From positions 1,339 through 65,338 of the forward strand of contig DFNN01000135.1 of the NCBI GenBank assembly GCA_002376065.1: a DNA stretch of 64,000 nt. The letters are read 5' to 3'. Within the stretch, counting starts at the first letter, position 1, and each line of letters begins with the position of its first letter. The stretch is from Bacillales bacterium UBA3566 (lineage in GTDB: Bacteria > Bacillota_I > Bacilli_A > Izemoplasmatales > Izemoplasmataceae). The notes below the pieces were generated by a model that saw only the letters and a program-made list of their open reading frames with translations, was not told the DNA's origin and searched no databases. Position numbers and translations under genes: made by a program. Shown piece by piece: positions 50,955 to 59,768 of this stretch.

Positions 50955-50988
50955 AAGGACACACTTTTTATAAGTGATGTCCTTTTTG
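50955..50988. terminator. bidirectional hairpin terminator between convergent genes
   Basis: AAAGGACACACTT...AAGTGATGTCCTTT imperfect stem flanked by an A-run and a T-run. Confidence 0.65.
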
Positions 50989-51072
50989 ATATCATTAAAA
51001 GGCAACTTTTTATCTGTTTTGATACCTTTCCTGACTATTTTTGATAAAATAATTGAAAATCTAATATAGTTT

Positions 51073-51591
51073 TTATAAGCGATCTTTGAACAAATTATGT
51101 CCATGAACATCATATGCAACAAAGCAAGGGAAATCTTCTACCTCTAACTGATAGATCGCCTCAGCACCTAAATCTTCATAAGCAATTAATTTACTTGATT
51201 TAATTCTACTGCTTAGTAGAGCACCTGCTCCACCAGTCGCAATTAAATACACAGCATTATTTTTCATCATTTCATGACGAAATTCTTCACTTCTATCACC
51301 TTTACCAATCATGATTTTTAATCCTTTTTCCATAAGGGGTACAGCCATTTCATCCATACGATAACTTGATGTTGGACCACTCGCACCAATAGCAAATCCT
51401 TCTTTTTTTGGTGTCGGTCCAACATAGTAAATGATACTTCCTTCAATCGGAAATGGTAGATTTTTTTCATTTAACAATCGTATGTGTGCTTGATCTCTAG
51501 CAGTATATATGGTACCAGTAATTAGTACTTTGTCACCACTTTTTAGGTTATTGATGTCGTGATTACTAATAGGTGAGCTTAATCGTATCAT
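51073..51591 (-). CDS. class I Fe-S hydro-lyase beta subunit (fumarate hydratase / L-tartrate dehydratase type)
   Basis: MIRLSSPISN...GTIYTARDQAHIRL...GPTSSYRMD...KGDRS. ATGA overlap with the alpha-subunit stop at 51588-51591. GGTGA RBS. Confidence 0.88.
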   Translation of the reverse strand: MIRLSSPISNHDINNLKSGDKVLITGTIYTARDQAHIRLLNEKNLPFPIEGSIIYYVGPTPKKEGFAIGASGPTSSYRMDEMAVPLMEKGLKIMIGKGDRSEEFRHEMMKNNAVYLIATGGAGALLSSRIKSSKLIAYEDLGAEAIYQLEVEDFPCFVAYDVHGHNLFKDRL

Positions 51592-52427
51592 AAAATCACC
51601 TCGATGTGTCTTGCAGAGTGACATTGAATGTTGATTGCTACTGGTAAACTAGCGATATGCATTGGAAGATAATTTATTTTTACCGCAAGACAAGTAGTGT
51701 CACCACCGACGCCCATAGGACCGACGCCTAATTTGTTGATTTCATCATAAAGCTCATCTTCTAATCTAGCTATAATAGGATCATCACTTTTATCTCCTAA
51801 TGGTCTTAACAATGATTCTTTGGCGATGATTGCACTTTTTTCAAAATTTCCACCTAGACCAATACCGACAATAATTGGTGGACATGGTTTTCCTCCTGCT
51901 TGAAAAACAGTGTCAAGCACGAGTTTTTTAACGCCATCAATACCAGCTGCGGGCGTGAGCATTTTTACTGTGCTCATATTTTCACTTCCGCCTCCTTTTG
52001 AGGCGATTTTCAAAGTAAGTTTATCACCCTTTACATAAGAAAGGTGGATCATAGCTGGTGTATTGTCTTTTGTGTTTACTCTTTCAAATGGATGATTAAC
52101 CATAGACTTTCTGAGATATCCTTCGCTGTATCCTTGTCTAACTCCTTCATTGATAGCATCGTAGATATTTCCATCTATATGAACATCAAATCCAACTTCA
52201 GCAAAAACAACAACAACACCCGTGTCTTGGCATAATGGAACATTACCTTCTTTAGCTATTTCACTATTTTCGATGATGTCATCAAGTATAGAAGAAGCGA
52301 TATTTGAACGTTCTTTCTTTTTCGCTTTTTGAATTAAAGAGATTAACGAATCATCTAGTTCATAGTTTATTTTTATTACCGAATCTTTTATAGCCTCGGT
52401 AATGATTGATGGATCAATAAAACGCAT
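51588..52427 (-). CDS. class I Fe-S hydro-lyase alpha subunit (fumarate hydratase / L-tartrate dehydratase type)
   Basis: 279 aa. PLCQDTGVVVVF and the cysteine pattern of the 4Fe-4S hydro-lyase family. Confidence 0.88.
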   Translation of the reverse strand: MRFIDPSIITEAIKDSVIKINYELDDSLISLIQKAKKKERSNIASSILDDIIENSEIAKEGNVPLCQDTGVVVVFAEVGFDVHIDGNIYDAINEGVRQGYSEGYLRKSMVNHPFERVNTKDNTPAMIHLSYVKGDKLTLKIASKGGGSENMSTVKMLTPAAGIDGVKKLVLDTVFQAGGKPCPPIIVGIGLGGNFEKSAIIAKESLLRPLGDKSDDPIIARLEDELYDEINKLGVGPMGVGGDTTCLAVKINYLPMHIASLPVAINIQCHSARHIEVIL

Positions 52428-52519
52428 ATAATGATCAACTCCTTCTTCGTTATTATAGCATATTATAATATATGAAAGTATATTGATATTGAAAAATAGA
52501 AAAATAGTTGTGAAAACAC

Positions 52520-52548
52520 TTGATTAATACATGTACCTTTGTTATAAT
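52520..52548 (+). promoter_or_regulatory. sigma-A type promoter of rpmE
   Basis: TTGATT (52520-52525), 17-nt spacer, TATAAT (52543-52548). Confidence 0.6.
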
Positions 52549-52603
52549 TTATTAGCAATTAAAACTTACTATGGCATAGGCCATGGCGGAAGGAGCAATT
52601 CAT

Positions 52604-52831
52604 ATGAAAAAAGGAATTCACCCAGATTATAAAACGGTGACCATTACTTGTACAACATGTGGAAATACTTTTGAAGGTGGAAGCGTATTAAATGAAGTAC
52701 GTGTTGACACTTGTTCAAACTGTCATCCATTTTATACAGGAAAACAAAAATTTGGTCAAGCTGCTGGTCGTGTTGAACGATTCAACAAACGTTATAACCG
52801 TCAGTCTGATAATGATACTGAAGAAGAATAA
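52604..52831 (+). CDS. rpmE: 50S ribosomal protein L31 (Zn-ribbon type A)
   Basis: MKKGIHPDY...CTTCGNT...[16 protein letters not shown] at 52604 follows the GGAAGGAG RBS. Confidence 0.95.
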   Translation: MKKGIHPDYKTVTITCTTCGNTFEGGSVLNEVRVDTCSNCHPFYTGKQKFGQAAGRVERFNKRYNRQSDNDTEEE

Positions 52832-52841
52832 AAATAAATAT

Positions 52842-52868
52842 GAGCCCATTTGGGCTCTTTTATTTTTT
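52842..52868 (+). terminator. rho-independent terminator of rpmE
   Basis: GAGCCCA / TGGGCTC stem followed by T-rich sequence. Confidence 0.8.
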
Positions 52869-52880
52869 AAAAAATAGATT

Positions 52881-52917
52881 TAAAAATACGGCAAACAATT
52901 GGATTATTGTTTGCCGT
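52881..52917 (-). terminator. terminator of the hyd-like operon
   Basis: ACGGCAAACAAT / ATTGTTTGCCGT 12-bp stem. T-rich tail on the minus strand. Confidence 0.8.
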
Positions 52918-52926
52918 TTAATTTTG

Positions 52927-54684
52927 TTAATCTTTGTAGTATTTTCTTGGAGAATATTGAATATGTAGTAAATCTTGTGCAAGTTCAGAACCAATATGTT
53001 TGAAGAAGTCATTATAGATATTTGATGCTTCTTCAGAATAACAATTATAACGAATTTCTTTATCATTAACTGAGTCGTTTAAAGCTTCTGCACGTAAGCC
53101 AATGACGTTAAATCCATCTTGTACTTTTGATGGTTGAATTGGACTTCCACCACCTACAACGTTGCTATTTTGTGATGATGCCATTTCGACATAATCATAC
53201 GTCTTATTAACCGCTTTTAATACTCTAAAGAATTCTTTTATAGATTTCACATGACTGATTCTTGCGATAGATATTTTTTTACCATTTAGATGATAGCTAG
53301 CCTCTTCAATTTTTTCGTTCTCTTTTGAAGGTGTAAAAGTCATTTCCTGTACATCTTCTTGCAATAACTGAGAAGCAGTCTTGAAAGTAGCTTCAGCAAA
53401 TCCAATATTAGGATGTAATACATCTTCCTTGAATACCTTGCTTGCAAGTTCTCCATGAGGTTTGCTTGATGGAGCAAGAGCTAATAAATCAATTCCTTGA
53501 CGTTTTAGTAGTCTTGCAAATTCACTAGTTGTAATAACATGATCAACATCTGCTAATCCACGATAACTATTTCCAGAACGTTTTGCATCATGTTTACGAT
53601 CAATTCTAGGTACAACTGCTACAACAATTGTGTCTGCTTTGTTGTAACCTAATTTTTCTGCAAAATAGTGTTTAACAAGAGCACCTGCAACTAGCTCAGC
53701 CGGTTTTGCACTTGTAACGTTTGACAAATAATCTGCTTCGTATTGTTCGATGTATTGCATCCATCCAGGTGCATTTGAAGACAAAAATGGAGTAGATTCA
53801 TCTTTAGAAAGACGATCAATTAACTCATTACTTTCCTCGATGATTGATAAATCCTTACCTAATGAATAATTCATTACATCGTCAAATCCTAACAATTGAT
53901 AAGCTTCGTTTAATTGACCTTCAACGTTTGCTCCTAATTTCGCTCCAAAATCTTCAGCAACTGTAACAGCAACACTTGGAGAAGGAATGATAATTACTTT
54001 TTTAGTTTCATCTTCTAGTGCGGATAACACATTATCTACTTCAGGTTTAGGTTTGATTGCAGCGACAGGACAAACTTCGATACATTTTCCACACTCAATA
54101 CAACCACTATCAGCCATACTATGAAATAAAGCTGGACCAACATAAGTTTCATTTCCACGTTCATTAAAATCTAAAATATTTAATTCGGTGAACTGCTTAC
54201 AAGCACTAACGCAGCGACCACATAAAATACATTTTCCACTATCTAATAAAATCGAGTCAGAAGTGTCATTTATTTGGCGGTCTTTTTTAAAGAAATCTCG
54301 CAAGTTTTCTCCGAAAACATTATCAACGTCATAACGACGCATTAAATTAAGTAGTTCACAACTTGTTTCGCGGTCACATGCCCAGCATTCAAACACATGA
54401 TTACTCGCAAGTAATTGCAAGTTTTGTATAATAGAATCACGAATTTCTTTTGAATCAGTTTCAATTTCCATTCCATCTTGTAATGCAAGTGTACATGAGT
54501 TTTTTAATCCTCGCATATTTTTTACATTTACAACACATAAACGACATGCACTTGTTTCGTTAATATCTTTTAGAAAGCATAGTCTAGGGATATTATAACC
54601 CATTTCTTCTGCTGCGCGCATTGCTGTATAGTTTTCAGGGACAGTGGTTTCAATACCGTTGATTGTAATTTTCACATTTTTCAT
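52927..54684 (-). CDS. HydA-like [FeFe]-hydrogenase-family subunit with intact accessory Fe-S motifs but a degenerate (Cys-less) H-cluster site
   Basis: N-terminal 2Fe-2S motif (C..CRLC..C), HxxxCxxCxxxxxC, and two CxxCxxCxxxC ferredoxin motifs are present. The H-domain aligns throughout with clostridial HydA. However, TSCCPGW reads SSNAPGW, MPCxxKxxE reads VPRIDRKHD, and MACxGGCxxGGGQP reads ASSQNSNVVGGGSP. Confidence 0.85.
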   Translation of the reverse strand: MKNVKITINGIETTVPENYTAMRAAEEMGYNIPRLCFLKDINETSACRLCVVNVKNMRGLKNSCTLALQDGMEIETDSKEIRDSIIQNLQLLASNHVFECWACDRETSCELLNLMRRYDVDNVFGENLRDFFKKDRQINDTSDSILLDSGKCILCGRCVSACKQFTELNILDFNERGNETYVGPALFHSMADSGCIECGKCIEVCPVAAIKPKPEVDNVLSALEDETKKVIIIPSPSVAVTVAEDFGAKLGANVEGQLNEAYQLLGFDDVMNYSLGKDLSIIEESNELIDRLSKDESTPFLSSNAPGWMQYIEQYEADYLSNVTSAKPAELVAGALVKHYFAEKLGYNKADTIVVAVVPRIDRKHDAKRSGNSYRGLADVDHVITTSEFARLLKRQGIDLLALAPSSKPHGELASKVFKEDVLHPNIGFAEATFKTASQLLQEDVQEMTFTPSKENEKIEEASYHLNGKKISIARISHVKSIKEFFRVLKAVNKTYDYVEMASSQNSNVVGGGSPIQPSKVQDGFNVIGLRAEALNDSVNDKEIRYNCYSEEASNIYNDFFKHIGSELAQDLLHIQYSPRKYYKD

Positions 54685-54695
54685 TGTTCAACCTC

Positions 54696-56486
54696 CTACG
54701 TTGTAATGATCGCATCAACTGGACAAACGTTTTGACATGCGCCACATTTGATACAAGCCGATTGATCAATCGTATGTAATTGTTTAATGGTTCCTGAAAT
54801 ACAGTCAACAGGACAGTTTTGAGCACATTTTGTACATCCGATACATTTATCAGTGATAAAGAAATTGATTAGCGCTTTACAAACTCCACCAGGACATGTT
54901 TTATCAACTACATGAGCTTCAAATTCATCTCTAAAATGATCTAGCATAGATAGAATTGGGTTAGGGGCAGCTTGTCCAAGACCACAAAGTGAAGAACTTT
55001 TAACCATTTTTGCTAAAGTTTCAAGTTGATCAATTGTTTCTAGTGTTCCATGTCCTGAAGAAATGATGTTTAGCATTTCAAGCATTTTCTTTGTACCTTC
55101 ACGACAAGGAGTACATTTACCGCAAGATTCGTCAACAGTGAAGTCTAAATAGAATCGGCAAATATCGACCATACAGCTGTCTTCATCGATGACAACCATA
55201 CCTCCAGACCCCATCATAGAACCTGCATCAATTAATGTTTCATATTCAATCGGAATATCAAGTAAGTGTTCAGGAATAGCACCACCTGAAGGTCCTCCTG
55301 TTTGAACCGCTTTTAAAGCTTTATTGTTTGGAATTCCTCCACCAATATCATAAATAACATCGCGTAAAGTTGTTCCAAGTGGAACTTCCACGAGTCCAGC
55401 ATTTACGATGTTTCCACCTAAACTGAACACTTTAGTTCCTTTGTTTTTATCAGTTCCAACACGGCCAAACCATTCTGCGCCATTAAACATGATGGCAGGA
55501 ATGTTTGCTAACGTTTCTACGTTGTTGATGATTGTAGGTTTTCCCCATAATCCTTTAGCTGCTGGGAATGGTGGTTTATTACGAGACATACCACGTTCAC
55601 CTTCAATAGAAGCGATTAATGCAGTTTCTTCTCCACATACAAATGCTCCTGCACCTAAACGAATTTCAATATCAAAACTAAAATCTGTTCCAAAGATATT
55701 ATTACCAATCAAACCAAGTTCTTTTGCTTGTTTGATTGCATTTTTCAATTTCTCAATTGCAGTTGGATACTCAATTCTTACATAAATATAACCTTTACTT
55801 GCACCAATTGCATATCCGGCAATCATTAGACCTTCCAATATACTGTGAGGATCTCCTTCTAAAATGGCACGATCCATAAATGCCCCTGGGTCACCCTCAT
55901 CAGCGTTACAAATAACGTACTTTTGATCGCTATCGTTGTTATAAGCAAAGCCCCATTTGACACCAGTAGGGAATCCTCCCCCACCTCGACCACGTAAACC
56001 TGATTCAGTCATTTCATCAATAACTTCTTTAGGAGTCATGTCAAGTAATGCTTTACCTAAACCACGGTAACCATCTTTTGCGATATACTCTTCTATATCA
56101 TCAGGATTGATAAATCCACAGTTACGCATTGCAATTTTATATTGTTTTTTGTAGAAACGAACTTCATCTAATGCAAGAACTTCTTTGGTTTCTGTTAATG
56201 CATCATTAAAAACAAGCTTTTCTACTATACGACCTTTGTATAGATGTTCTTCACAAATTTCTTTTATATGTTTTGGTTTGATTTGTGCATAAAAAACACC
56301 CTCAGGATATACGATAACAAAAGGTCCTTGCTCACATAACCCAACGCACCCTGTATTTACCAATTTTATTTCACTTCTTATGTCTAGTCTGTCTAAATGT
56401 TCTTCAAACTCATCACGCAACGTTTTCGCACCACGTGAGACACAGTTAGAACCACTACAGATTAGAACGTGTGCTCTTTCTAACAT
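54696..56486 (-). CDS. HydB/NuoF-like NADH- and FMN-binding Fe-S subunit
   Basis: N-terminal thioredoxin-like 2Fe-2S domain, FMN site GRGGGGFPTG, CGKCTPCREG 4Fe-4S motif, and two C-terminal CxxCxxCxxxCP ferredoxin motifs. Confidence 0.92.
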   Translation of the reverse strand: MLERAHVLICSGSNCVSRGAKTLRDEFEEHLDRLDIRSEIKLVNTGCVGLCEQGPFVIVYPEGVFYAQIKPKHIKEICEEHLYKGRIVEKLVFNDALTETKEVLALDEVRFYKKQYKIAMRNCGFINPDDIEEYIAKDGYRGLGKALLDMTPKEVIDEMTESGLRGRGGGGFPTGVKWGFAYNNDSDQKYVICNADEGDPGAFMDRAILEGDPHSILEGLMIAGYAIGASKGYIYVRIEYPTAIEKLKNAIKQAKELGLIGNNIFGTDFSFDIEIRLGAGAFVCGEETALIASIEGERGMSRNKPPFPAAKGLWGKPTIINNVETLANIPAIMFNGAEWFGRVGTDKNKGTKVFSLGGNIVNAGLVEVPLGTTLRDVIYDIGGGIPNNKALKAVQTGGPSGGAIPEHLLDIPIEYETLIDAGSMMGSGGMVVIDEDSCMVDICRFYLDFTVDESCGKCTPCREGTKKMLEMLNIISSGHGTLETIDQLETLAKMVKSSSLCGLGQAAPNPILSMLDHFRDEFEAHVVDKTCPGGVCKALINFFITDKCIGCTKCAQNCPVDCISGTIKQLHTIDQSACIKCGACQNVCPVDAIITT

Positions 56487-56497
56487 CTTCTCACCAC

Positions 56498-56863
56498 CTA
56501 TATTCTATATTTACCAATGACATAATCATCTACAACTTTGCCACCAATAATATGTTCTTTTATGATACGATCTACTCCATCAACATCAACCTTGCAGTAA
56601 GTCGTTCTTTTGTCGTCAATTAGTACCTCAACGATTGGTTCAATAGCACACTCACCGATACACCCTACAGGTGTAATCGTAACGTTTTCTAGATCTTGTT
56701 TATCAACTATTTCAACAAACCTATTCATTACTGGACGTGCACCAGCACTGATTCCACAAGTAGCCATACCAACAAGAACACGAATACCATCGTTTTTCCC
56801 GCGCATTGTTACTTTCTTCTGTGCATTATCTCGAATCTTTTTTAAATCATCTAAAGATTTCAT
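56498..56863 (-). CDS. thioredoxin-like [2Fe-2S] ferredoxin
   Basis: 121 aa. GMATCGISAGA and GCIGECAIEP motifs typical of the small ferredoxin encoded in HydABC operons. Confidence 0.8.
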   Translation of the reverse strand: MKSLDDLKKIRDNAQKKVTMRGKNDGIRVLVGMATCGISAGARPVMNRFVEIVDKQDLENVTITPVGCIGECAIEPIVEVLIDDKRTTYCKVDVDGVDRIIKEHIIGGKVVDDYVIGKYRI

Positions 56864-57417
56864 TTTGTTTCCTCCTTATGTATATTGTTAAGTCCTTCTC
56901 TTATATATTCTTTCATCCATTGCGTTACTCCGTGCGCAGTGAATGGTGTATCCTCTAATATTTCTCGAATTTTTCTAGTATCAAATTCGAATCTATTTTC
57001 ATTATATTGGTGACTATAAAATATATCAATGAATTTATCATTTAAAGCTAATATAACTAATGTATCTTCGATATCTCCAAGCGGAGCCAAATCAATATGA
57101 TCTAACTCAAATGTCGCTTTAATTTTTGTACCTATTTGTTCTTTTGATTCAATCTTTAGTGTACCGTTGGTCGCTTCTGCTGACATTTTGAATAAGGAAA
57201 TACCCAGACCAACTTTTCTTGTTGTTCTAGTGGTATAAAAAGGATCGGATACATGAGATAAAGTTTCTTCATTCATACCATGTCCATCATCAATAATTTC
57301 AATAGATAAACTATTTTTTTCGGTGTTTTCCACTATGAAAATTTGGATTAATGAGGCATTTGCATTGATAGAGTTTTGGCAAACATCTAATATATGAAGA
57401 GACAATTCTTCCATCAT
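56860..57417 (-). CDS. stand-alone GHKL (HATPase_c) ATP-binding protein
   Basis: 185 aa. N-box LDVCQNSINA, G1 DDGHGM, G2 GLGISL. No HisKA or phospho-acceptor His region. Confidence 0.7.
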   Translation of the reverse strand: MMEELSLHILDVCQNSINANASLIQIFIVENTEKNSLSIEIIDDGHGMNEETLSHVSDPFYTTRTTRKVGLGISLFKMSAEATNGTLKIESKEQIGTKIKATFELDHIDLAPLGDIEDTLVILALNDKFIDIFYSHQYNENRFEFDTRKIREILEDTPFTAHGVTQWMKEYIREGLNNIHKEETK

Positions 57418-58115
57418 TTTTCACCTCTTAAATAATCGAAAAATGCATCAATCGTTTTTTCCTTTAAATCAATATAATTGGTTTTTTCTGAAATCATTGG
57501 TAAAGAATGTGCATCAGAATTATGAAAGATTTTATATTGGGTTAAAGAAGGATATTTTTTTAAGAAGGGATCGATGTTTTGACTTTGCAATTCTACGCCA
57601 TCAAATTCAAGTTCTTCTAAAGAGTAAGTATCTAAAGGTGTCTGACTAGGCCTATCAATATGAGCTAATATGATTGCACCATCAAGTTTTCTAACCTTGG
57701 TTATTAAGTCTTTATAAGCGATACTAGTATGTGTCAGTGGTCTTTCTACAGTATCTATTTCAGTATCATAAACATCTGTAATTACTTGATCACTTTCAGA
57801 AAAATTCTTCCATTCTCCATCGAGATGGACTTGTAAAAATTGATCAAATGTTGCTGCATCTTCGTATGTACGAAAATAGCATAGTGCATCAAAATTTTCA
57901 TTTACAGTCACTTCAACAGCTGGAATATATAAGAAATCATAAGAATCTTCTAACTGTCTAATTGTAGGTAGTTGTCTAGTTGAATTGTGGTCTGTAATTG
58001 CAACAATATCAAGACCTTTTAACATTGCCATGTTTAGAACATTATTGGGGGTCATAAGTTCATCTGCGCAAGGGGATAAAATGGAATGGATGTGCAAATC
58101 ATAAAAGAGTTTCAT
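57414..58115 (-). CDS. PHP-domain phosphoesterase
   Basis: YDLHIHSILSPCAD, ITDHNS, and HNSDAH metal-binding histidine motifs. Confidence 0.75.
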   Translation of the reverse strand: MKLFYDLHIHSILSPCADELMTPNNVLNMAMLKGLDIVAITDHNSTRQLPTIRQLEDSYDFLYIPAVEVTVNENFDALCYFRTYEDAATFDQFLQVHLDGEWKNFSESDQVITDVYDTEIDTVERPLTHTSIAYKDLITKVRKLDGAIILAHIDRPSQTPLDTYSLEELEFDGVELQSQNIDPFLKKYPSLTQYKIFHNSDAHSLPMISEKTNYIDLKEKTIDAFFDYLRGEK

Positions 58116-58447
58116 TTTCCATCCAACTTTGCAAGCGCAATAATTGCATCAACGGTTGAGAAAGTAGTTGTAAATAGTGGGATATTTAACTCGTTTGCTT
58201 TATCAATCAGTTCTTTTTTTACAGTAATTCCTTGTGTAAAAACAATACAAGAAAGATCGTTTAAACTAGCGACACCGATAACGTTAATATTATTGAGCAT
58301 TGTAATTAAACAATCATTTTCTTCAGTTTGTCCCATTACATTGCTCAATAAATCTGATGCGAATAGTTTGTTGACGGTTTTTGTTAAATCGTGAACTGAA
58401 TTAATAAGTGTGAAAGTCTCATGATTGGCAATATCATTTGTGGTCAT
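58112..58447 (-). CDS. DRTGG-domain-like protein
   Basis: 111 aa. LITMLNNINVIGVASLNDLSCIVFTQG...ELIDKANELNIPLFTT resembles the DRTGG fold pattern. Confidence 0.5.
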   Translation of the reverse strand: MTTNDIANHETFTLINSVHDLTKTVNKLFASDLLSNVMGQTEENDCLITMLNNINVIGVASLNDLSCIVFTQGITVKKELIDKANELNIPLFTTTFSTVDAIIALAKLDGK

Positions 58448-58471
58448 GAATATACACTTCCCATACTTTTT

Positions 58472-58894
58472 TTATTGTTGTGTGTAAAATTTCATAAACA
58501 GTTGGGTTCCTTCTTCATTTGATTCTAATGTCATTTCATCTGAAACAGCTTTGATATTTGGTAATCCCATTCCAGCACCAAATCCATTTTCAATTGCATA
58601 TGGACTAGCAGTGGAAAATCCAGCTTGCATTGCGTTTTCAATGTTAGGTATACCTGGTCCTCGATCGCAAAAAGTGATTTCGCATAAATCATCACCAATA
58701 TGAATTCTCGCATTACCACCATAGGAGTGGATAACAACATTAATCTCAGCTTCATACACACCGATGGTTACACGCTTGATAAATTGGGGACTAAATCCTC
58801 GTTTTTTTAACTCTCGCTTAGTCAAACTTGCAATGGTCCCAGCGTTTCCAATATCATTACGTTCAATTGGATACTCTTCTAAGTAATCACTCAA
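58472..58894 (-). CDS. RsbW/SpoIIAB-like GHKL ATPase (anti-sigma-factor-type Ser kinase fold)
   Basis: 140 aa. EAEINVVIH N-box, DRGPGIPN G1, GFGAGMGLPN G2. Confidence 0.7.
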   Translation of the reverse strand: MSDYLEEYPIERNDIGNAGTIASLTKRELKKRGFSPQFIKRVTIGVYEAEINVVIHSYGGNARIHIGDDLCEITFCDRGPGIPNIENAMQAGFSTASPYAIENGFGAGMGLPNIKAVSDEMTLESNEEGTQLFMKFYTQQ

Positions 58895-59283
58895 GAATTT
58901 TCTTCCTCGAGAACAGACTCGTAGCTCTTAACGCCGTTCATAAATAATAAACCACTTGTTCGATACATTGTTAAAGCAGTACCAATCAAAGTAATGCCGA
59001 TTTCATCAGCTAAATCAATAACTGATTGTGAGGGAGTTTTTCCTCGAACGAAGATTATTGTTTCTAAATCTAGTATTTCTGCTGTACGCAAAGCTTGATT
59101 TGTCACCAAACCAGTAACAAGTGCACCATGAGCTCCAATATGGCTAGGCATTTTTTTGAGTAACATAAGAGCATCACTCATCAAATCACAAACAAAAGCA
59201 TAATTGATTTCTTTGACACATTGTGGACATTCCAAATTAAATTGTTTTGCTTCTAAAAGAGTTAAAACGTCATTTAATTCCAT
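58891..59283 (-). CDS. DRTGG-domain-like protein
   Basis: 130 aa. GALVTGLVTNQALRTAEILDLETIIFVRGKTP...VIDLADEIGITLIGT. Confidence 0.5.
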   Translation of the reverse strand: MELNDVLTLLEAKQFNLECPQCVKEINYAFVCDLMSDALMLLKKMPSHIGAHGALVTGLVTNQALRTAEILDLETIIFVRGKTPSQSVIDLADEIGITLIGTALTMYRTSGLLFMNGVKSYESVLEEENS

Positions 59284-59768
59284 TATTTTTTCCTATATTC
59301 TTTGATCAATTTTTTTGCTTTTGTGATTGTCATTTCACCATGTACATCTTCGTCAAAACTCATTACTGGAGCCATTCCACATGTACCAATACAACGTATT
59401 GCTTCTAAAGTATAATAACCATCTTCCGTTGTCTCACCAACTTCAAGTCCTAATTCTTTTTTTACAGCATCTAAGATTACTTGTGCTCCACGAACGTAAC
59501 ATGGAGTACCCAAACATGCGGCAATTGTGTGTTCCCCTTTTGGGATCATTGTAAAACTTGAATAAAAGGTGACTACACCGTTGATTTCAGCAATGGTTAC
59601 ACCCGTTGCTTCTGAGACGATTTTTTGCACCTCTAAAGGAATACATCCAAAAATTCTTTGTGCTGAATGCAGTATTGGCATTAGCGGTCCAGGGTTTTTG
59701 AGATGTTCATCTATCTCTTGAAGTAATTCTTGTTTTTTGTCTTCGGATATTTCAAAATTCTTACCCAT
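59283..59768 (-). CDS. HydC/NuoE-like [2Fe-2S] subunit
   Basis: 161 aa. CLGTPC (Cx4C) and CIGTC (Cx3C) thioredoxin-like 2Fe-2S motifs. Confidence 0.9.
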   Translation of the reverse strand: MGKNFEISEDKKQELLQEIDEHLKNPGPLMPILHSAQRIFGCIPLEVQKIVSEATGVTIAEINGVVTFYSSFTMIPKGEHTIAACLGTPCYVRGAQVILDAVKKELGLEVGETTEDGYYTLEAIRCIGTCGMAPVMSFDEDVHGEMTITKAKKLIKEYRKK

